From an uncultured virus (IMG/VR IMGVR_UViG_3300027747_002957) (lineage: Duplodnaviria; Heunggongvirae; Uroviricota; Caudoviricetes), in IMG/VR virus record IMGVR_UViG_3300027747_002957: a DNA stretch of 64,000 nucleotides. The stretch is one strand, 5' to 3'. This document shows positions 59,317 to 64,000 of this stretch, piece after piece; within the stretch, counting starts at the first letter, position 1, and the number at the start of each line of letters is the position of its first letter. The notes below the pieces were generated by a model. The model was not told the origin of the DNA. It worked only from the letters and a program-made list of their open reading frames with translations, and searched no databases. The position numbers and the translations under genes are program-made.

Positions 59317-60096
59317 TTAAGATGCTACGGTCTCGACTGGCGCGCTGTCAACCTTGCGCACGAATCGATCGTTAACGTATATAGCATTGACTTCGTAGCG
59401 ATGCGCCTGTTGGCGCGCAGATTCCAGCTCTGTGAATCCCTGGCTGGCCAAGAACTGATCCAGCTCTGGCTTGAGCATGTGGCCCTCGTAGTAGGCTTCC
59501 ACGCCTGCTTCGGTGAATATGACCTGCACGTCTGCCAAGCGAGCGCCAGCGCCCTGCAGCACTTTCAGCTCAGCACCCTGCACGTCCATCCAGATGGCAT
59601 CCACGCGATCGATCTTGGCAGCCACACAGTAGTCATCCAAGCGATAGCCTTGGACTTCCACTTCCTTCTGTGCGTTGTGCTCCCAGGGCCACATGTCGGG
59701 ATCTGTGAGCTTGAGCATGCTGCCCATGCCCCAGTTTACCTTGTCCTTGGCAGCCATGGCCACAGCTTCATCCACTGCCCAGAACTTCATGGGTCCCGTG
59801 ACGTCTGTGAGCGCGATGTTGCTGAGTCCTATCCTGCTGCGAGTGGCATAGGGCTGTGCCATGTAGGTCTTGGTGCAGCGCTCGCAGTTGTCCTTGCTGG
59901 CTTCAAATGCGAATATGCGTGCTTCGGTAAAAACCTTGGCAAAGTTGGTGCCTTCCCAGCCATCCATGGCGCCTATGTCAAATATTGTGCGCCAGCTGTC
60001 TAGGTCAACCACGTCCCTGACATGGTTCAGCCTTTCTGCCAACACGTTCATGTTGTAACCGATTGGGCTGCGCAGCAGCGCTTCTGTGATAGCCAT
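59317..60096 (-). CDS. FkbM-family SAM methyltransferase
   Basis: IFDIGAMDG, FAFEA, RLDD and WMDVQGAELKVLQGA motifs; start MAITE follows GAGGA. Confidence 0.85.
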   Translation of the reverse strand: MAITEALLRSPIGYNMNVLAERLNHVRDVVDLDSWRTIFDIGAMDGWEGTNFAKVFTEARIFAFEASKDNCERCTKTYMAQPYATRSRIGLSNIALTDVTGPMKFWAVDEAVAMAAKDKVNWGMGSMLKLTDPDMWPWEHNAQKEVEVQGYRLDDYCVAAKIDRVDAIWMDVQGAELKVLQGAGARLADVQVIFTEAGVEAYYEGHMLKPELDQFLASQGFTELESARQQAHRYEVNAIYVNDRFVRKVDSAPVETVAS

Positions 60097-60743
60097 TAGA
60101 TCCTCTTCCTGAATGTTGCGATTCCAAAGTCGTGCTCGAGGCAGAACCTCTGCTTGATCCACAGGCGTTCATCCACTGCTTCAAACAGTGCCACGCAGCC
60201 TGGGTGAGTGTTGGTGTCATGCAGCAGCACTATGCCGTGATCGCTCAGTCGTTCTGTGAACTGCCAATCGTTGACACACATGTTCACTGAGTGCCAGCCG
60301 TCGATCATGATCAGATCCAAGTTGCCGATTCCCAGCTGCTTGAGGCGATCTGATATCTTGGCACGTTCTGCGCTGCTGATCTGCATGGTCCAAGTGTTGG
60401 CGCTCTCGTCGTTGAGATAGCTCTTGTCTTCGATGTCAATGCCCATGTAGTAGCTGAGCGGCGGGCGATGATCCATGATGATCCTGCTCATGCTGCGATC
60501 ACCGTTGCGGTTCACGCCAATCTCCAGAGCTGCTGCTAGATTGGTGCCCAGCTCTGAGACTGTTTGACGTACCACGTCGAGGTTGCCGTCGCTGACTTCC
60601 TCCAGGCTGATCCAATAGTTGTTCAATGGCTGGTCCTGGTCATTGCTGACGTCTGGTTCTAGGCTGGGAAACCACTTGAGTCCTGGTATGTCCGTGGGCA
60701 GCGGCTTGATCATTGCTACCAGTTCATCGTATTTTTCCTGCAT
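60096..60743 (-). CDS. Class I SAM methyltransferase (Methyltransf_24-like)
   Basis: LEIGV, GID and DLIMIDGWHS...GIVLLHDT motifs. Confidence 0.75.
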   Translation of the reverse strand: MQEKYDELVAMIKPLPTDIPGLKWFPSLEPDVSNDQDQPLNNYWISLEEVSDGNLDVVRQTVSELGTNLAAALEIGVNRNGDRSMSRIIMDHRPPLSYYMGIDIEDKSYLNDESANTWTMQISSAERAKISDRLKQLGIGNLDLIMIDGWHSVNMCVNDWQFTERLSDHGIVLLHDTNTHPGCVALFEAVDERLWIKQRFCLEHDFGIATFRKRI

Positions 60744-60871
60744 GGTCACTTTCCCGTAATTGTGCTGATTGTCCAAGCCAGCAGCTGTCACACAATATGT
60801 ATCTTGAAACAGCCTGAAAAAACCAACATAGTGCATTATTAGTTGCGACCCAGCTGAAAGCAAAATCACTG

Positions 60872-62998
60872 ATGAAACAGTTTGGCAAGATAGACAAGAA
60901 ATCCACAGTGCAGCCCACGGGAGATCGGCATCTGGCCATGCTGCGTGCCATCGAACCCTGGGCCAAACCCCATGCGCAGAAGAACCTCACACCCGTTGAA
61001 GTCAAGGCTGCCACTAGGAAAACCAAGCTGTTGCTGATGCTGTTGCCTGAATGGGCACATCGCTTCCCGCCCTATAACCTGGCACGTCTGGGATCAGTGA
61101 CCAAGGCCGCAGGCTACGACACTCACATCTGGGACATCAACGCTCAGGCCCGCAACCGCTATCTCCAGGGTTGGCCCGGCATAGACTATGACCCCTGGGA
61201 TGGCATGCGAGATTGGCATTGGATAGCCCCACAGTACTTCAACGACCTACATCAGCACATGTTGCCTCTGTTAGCCGAGACGCTGGAGAATATTGGTCAA
61301 CTGAAACCAGATGTCATAGGCTTCACCATCTACTACTGCAACCTGGCACCTACTCGCTGGCTGAGCTCTGAGATCAAGCGGCGCTGGCCCGAGATCAAGA
61401 TCGTGGTGGGAGGCAGCAGCACTCACTACAGCTACTACCAGCCAGAACCCGAGTATGACTACGTGGTCAACGGCGAGGGCGAGACACCATTGCTGAACCT
61501 GTTGGATGAACTGGAACAGGGTGTGGTGCATGACACGCCCATGATCATGCGCCAGCCCAGAGACCAACGCATTGACTTGGACAAGCTGCCCATACCTGAC
61601 TACAGCTTCTTTGACCTCAGCCTCTACAGCATACCCAACGGCGTCAACACTGAGCTCAGCCGAGGCTGCACTGCCAAGTGCACCTTCTGCGAAGAGACGC
61701 ATTTCTATCTGTACCGTCAGAGGCAGAGCAGCAGCATACTCAAGGAAGTGGCGCATCTCTATGACAACCATGGCATAGATGCCTTTTGGTTTATCGACAG
61801 CTTGGTCAACGGCAACATCCGTGAGCTGCGAGCCTTCTGCAGGGGCATCATAGCCAGCGGCATGACCATACACTGGACAGGCTATGCTCGCTGTGATGGC
61901 CGCATGGACCTAGACTACTACAAAGACTTGGCAGCCAGCGGCTGCGTGGCGCTGAACTATGGTTGCGAGAGCGGCAGCCAGCGAGTGCTGGATGCCATGG
62001 ACAAGGGCACCACCGTGGCAGAGATGGAACAGAACTTCAGGGATGGTGCTGCGGTTGGTTTGGAAGCCTATACCAACTGGATAGTGGCCTATCCCGAGGA
62101 AGGCTACCAAGACTTTGCCGACACCATGACCATGATATGGCGCAACAGGAACCACCGTATCACGGACATCAGCCCGGGCCAGGGCTACAACGTGGGCGTG
62201 GACAGCATCGTGGGACAGAACCTCACCAAGCACAATCTCATGACAGAGTACTATCTGGGATCATGGATCACCAAGGACCTGCGCATGAGCAAGCTCAACA
62301 AGTTCCTGCGAGTCAAGACCTTCAGCATGTTCCTGGACCACTTGGTCACTGACTTGGACATCGCCAAGAACACCAGGCACAATCTGCGCCAATGCTATGA
62401 CATAGTGCTGGCGGATCCTCAGAGGCTGAACATCATTGAGTATGAGCAGTTTAACTATGACATCATACACACAGATCAGGGCGTGATTGCCAACAGCGTG
62501 GCCAACGAGATCTGGCCACTGCTGCGCATGTTGTGGCGCACTCGCGGTGCCTACACTGCAGAGATAAGGTTTGATCCTGCCTGGGATCTGGCAGAGTTTG
62601 GAGACAACGTGGCCTGCCCCATCACGGCCGTGTACAGGTTCGACATCAATGCCCAGGGTTCGTGGACAGCAGACTTTGACATAGGCTATCAGCAACCGCC
62701 TCACACTGCAGGCATACCTCACAAGACACCAGACCAACCTTGGTGTGCCATAGATTTTGGCCGCAACAACAGCAACAGCGCCATCAGAGCTCGGCGACTG
62801 GCTAGGCCTGATCTCAACGACCCTGCTGAAGGTTTCAATCCTGATGACTGGGCACGCATCATGGCCCAGCATGAAGAGATCAAGAACTTGGATCTCAGCT
62901 TCCACGTCCAGTGGCATGGACAGGGCTATTGGGGCTCAAAGCCTCGCCGCAGTGGCATGTTCGCAGAGATGTTGGTGGCCTCAGGCCACCAACCTTGA
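60872..62998 (+). CDS. Cobalamin-binding radical SAM enzyme (class B methyltransferase-like) with C-terminal extension
   Basis: B12-binding-like PDVIGFT...IVVGG...VVNGEGE; SRGCTAKCTFC (CxxxCxxC); GCESGSQRVLDAMDKG. Confidence 0.88.
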   Translation: MKQFGKIDKKSTVQPTGDRHLAMLRAIEPWAKPHAQKNLTPVEVKAATRKTKLLLMLLPEWAHRFPPYNLARLGSVTKAAGYDTHIWDINAQARNRYLQGWPGIDYDPWDGMRDWHWIAPQYFNDLHQHMLPLLAETLENIGQLKPDVIGFTIYYCNLAPTRWLSSEIKRRWPEIKIVVGGSSTHYSYYQPEPEYDYVVNGEGETPLLNLLDELEQGVVHDTPMIMRQPRDQRIDLDKLPIPDYSFFDLSLYSIPNGVNTELSRGCTAKCTFCEETHFYLYRQRQSSSILKEVAHLYDNHGIDAFWFIDSLVNGNIRELRAFCRGIIASGMTIHWTGYARCDGRMDLDYYKDLAASGCVALNYGCESGSQRVLDAMDKGTTVAEMEQNFRDGAAVGLEAYTNWIVAYPEEGYQDFADTMTMIWRNRNHRITDISPGQGYNVGVDSIVGQNLTKHNLMTEYYLGSWITKDLRMSKLNKFLRVKTFSMFLDHLVTDLDIAKNTRHNLRQCYDIVLADPQRLNIIEYEQFNYDIIHTDQGVIANSVANEIWPLLRMLWRTRGAYTAEIRFDPAWDLAEFGDNVACPITAVYRFDINAQGSWTADFDIGYQQPPHTAGIPHKTPDQPWCAIDFGRNNSNSAIRARRLARPDLNDPAEGFNPDDWARIMAQHEEIKNLDLSFHVQWHGQGYWGSKPRRSGMFAEMLVASGHQP

Positions 62999-63466
62999 TC
63001 TCACGTCCTTGAGCCTATCAGCAGCCACGCTGGCAGCAAACGCATCAGGCTTGACGAAGGGTATGACGTTGCAGGTGCCTCGTATGTACCCTATGGCCTG
63101 CTGTATCACGCAGCTGCTGCCGTGCCTCTCGTCGGGATTGATGTCCAAATGCACTTCGATCTCGCGATTGGGCATGGCTTCGATCAGCTGCAGGTAGAGG
63201 TTGCTCACGCGATAGACCTCGTTCATCAGCCGCAGCTGTGGACGGTCCTTGCGCTGGTCATAGTCGATCTCACGATCTGCGCAGCCAAAGATCTTGCAGC
63301 CGTTGTTGCCATTCTTGTGAACCACCACGGCCAGGGTATAGTCCGCATGCCAACGGCCCTTGTGTATGAATCGCTCGCTGTCACAGCCAATGTAGAGGCG
63401 TGTGTTTGGTCCGCAGCTCTCAACGAAAGTGGCTATTTCCTGTATGTCGATCTCTCTTGGTAGCAT
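62981..63466 (-). CDS. RNase H-like YkuK (DUF458) family protein
   Basis: YIGCDS, RLMNEV, EVHLDIN and VKPDAFAASVAAD motifs. Confidence 0.8.
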   Translation of the reverse strand: MLPREIDIQEIATFVESCGPNTRLYIGCDSERFIHKGRWHADYTLAVVVHKNGNNGCKIFGCADREIDYDQRKDRPQLRLMNEVYRVSNLYLQLIEAMPNREIEVHLDINPDERHGSSCVIQQAIGYIRGTCNVIPFVKPDAFAASVAADRLKDVRSRLVA

Positions 63467-63467
63467 G

Positions 63468-63665
63468 CTATCCCCCATCGGTTTTGCCTGTGCTGGCAAG
63501 AGAACCAGCACGAGCCTGTGCGTTAGCCTGTTGATAGTATTCAACTTGGCGCAGATCGCGCGTGCGGAGGATCAATCGCCCTCCGCGGGTCACCGTGTAG
63601 TACCTCTTGCCGTGGCGCGAGTCGTACTGCAGTATCTCATAAGGTCTTGGACCTGTTTCTGGCAT
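63468..63665 (-). CDS. Small hypothetical protein
   Basis: Downstream of TAAATA at 63684-63689. Confidence 0.45.
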   Translation of the reverse strand: MPETGPRPYEILQYDSRHGKRYYTVTRGGRLILRTRDLRQVEYYQQANAQARAGSLASTGKTDGG

Positions 63666-63712
63666 AGCATGGTGACCACTGGATATTTATCTAGGGTTAG
63701 ATGACAAAATCG

Positions 63713-64000
63713 TTAATCGTCTTGCCCATGATCATCAGGGAACTCGTGTGCCAATCGCAGGGCATTCCACTGAGCAAATCCATACTCTTTGATACCAAGA
63801 TCAAGATCCGCATTGACCAGCATCACGTAGTCTCTGATCTGCTCAGCAGTGACGTCTTCCAGCCATTCCGTCATGCCAGGGCCAATGCCCCAGCGATGGT
63901 TACGGAAATGTCCTTTGATGCTGTCTTCCATCCAGCTGATGACCTTGGGATCTTCATGACCAGCCAACCAACTGAACGCTGCCTCCCAGGTTGGACCATA
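63713..64000 (-). CDS. Hypothetical protein (probably 5'-partial)
   Basis: The frame stays open to the window edge. Confidence 0.55.
   Translation of the reverse strand, partial: YGPTWEAAFSWLAGHEDPKVISWMEDSIKGHFRNHRWGIGPGMTEWLEDVTAEQIRDYVMLVNADLDLGIKEYGFAQWNALRLAHEFPDDHGQDD

Overview
This window is a 64 kb piece of a large, ~55% GC tailed dsDNA phage genome, most likely a jumbo myovirus. It has T4-like TAAATA late promoters and sigma70-type early promoters. Bases 1-40.6 kb (+ strand) form a very large cluster of about 20 fibre, adhesin and virion-appendage genes. These are built from reshuffled modules: collagen GPT repeats, 17-aa SN repeats, an 11-copy ~100-aa module, Gly-rich, LamG and SPRY domains, S74 intramolecular chaperones and fibre-assembly chaperones. 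One inverted early gene is inserted among them. Bases 40.6-50.7 kb (- strand) hold a clamp loader, GroES, a stand-alone DnaE-like fragment and collagen/baseplate-like structural genes. Bases 50.7-64 kb hold accessory genes: IscA, Dps, a flavodoxin-like protein, a signal-peptide nuclease, an RNA ligase, small early genes, two SAM methyltransferases divergent from a B12-binding radical SAM enzyme, and a YkuK-like RNase H. The most interesting signals are the combinatorial fibre system with shared terminal peptides, nested domain insertions split across genes, apparent leaderless late transcripts, the radical SAM/methyltransferase locus and a secreted late nuclease. Product calls come from motif recognition by eye; no database search was run. 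I saw no tRNA, rRNA, CRISPR array, integrase or reverse transcriptase.
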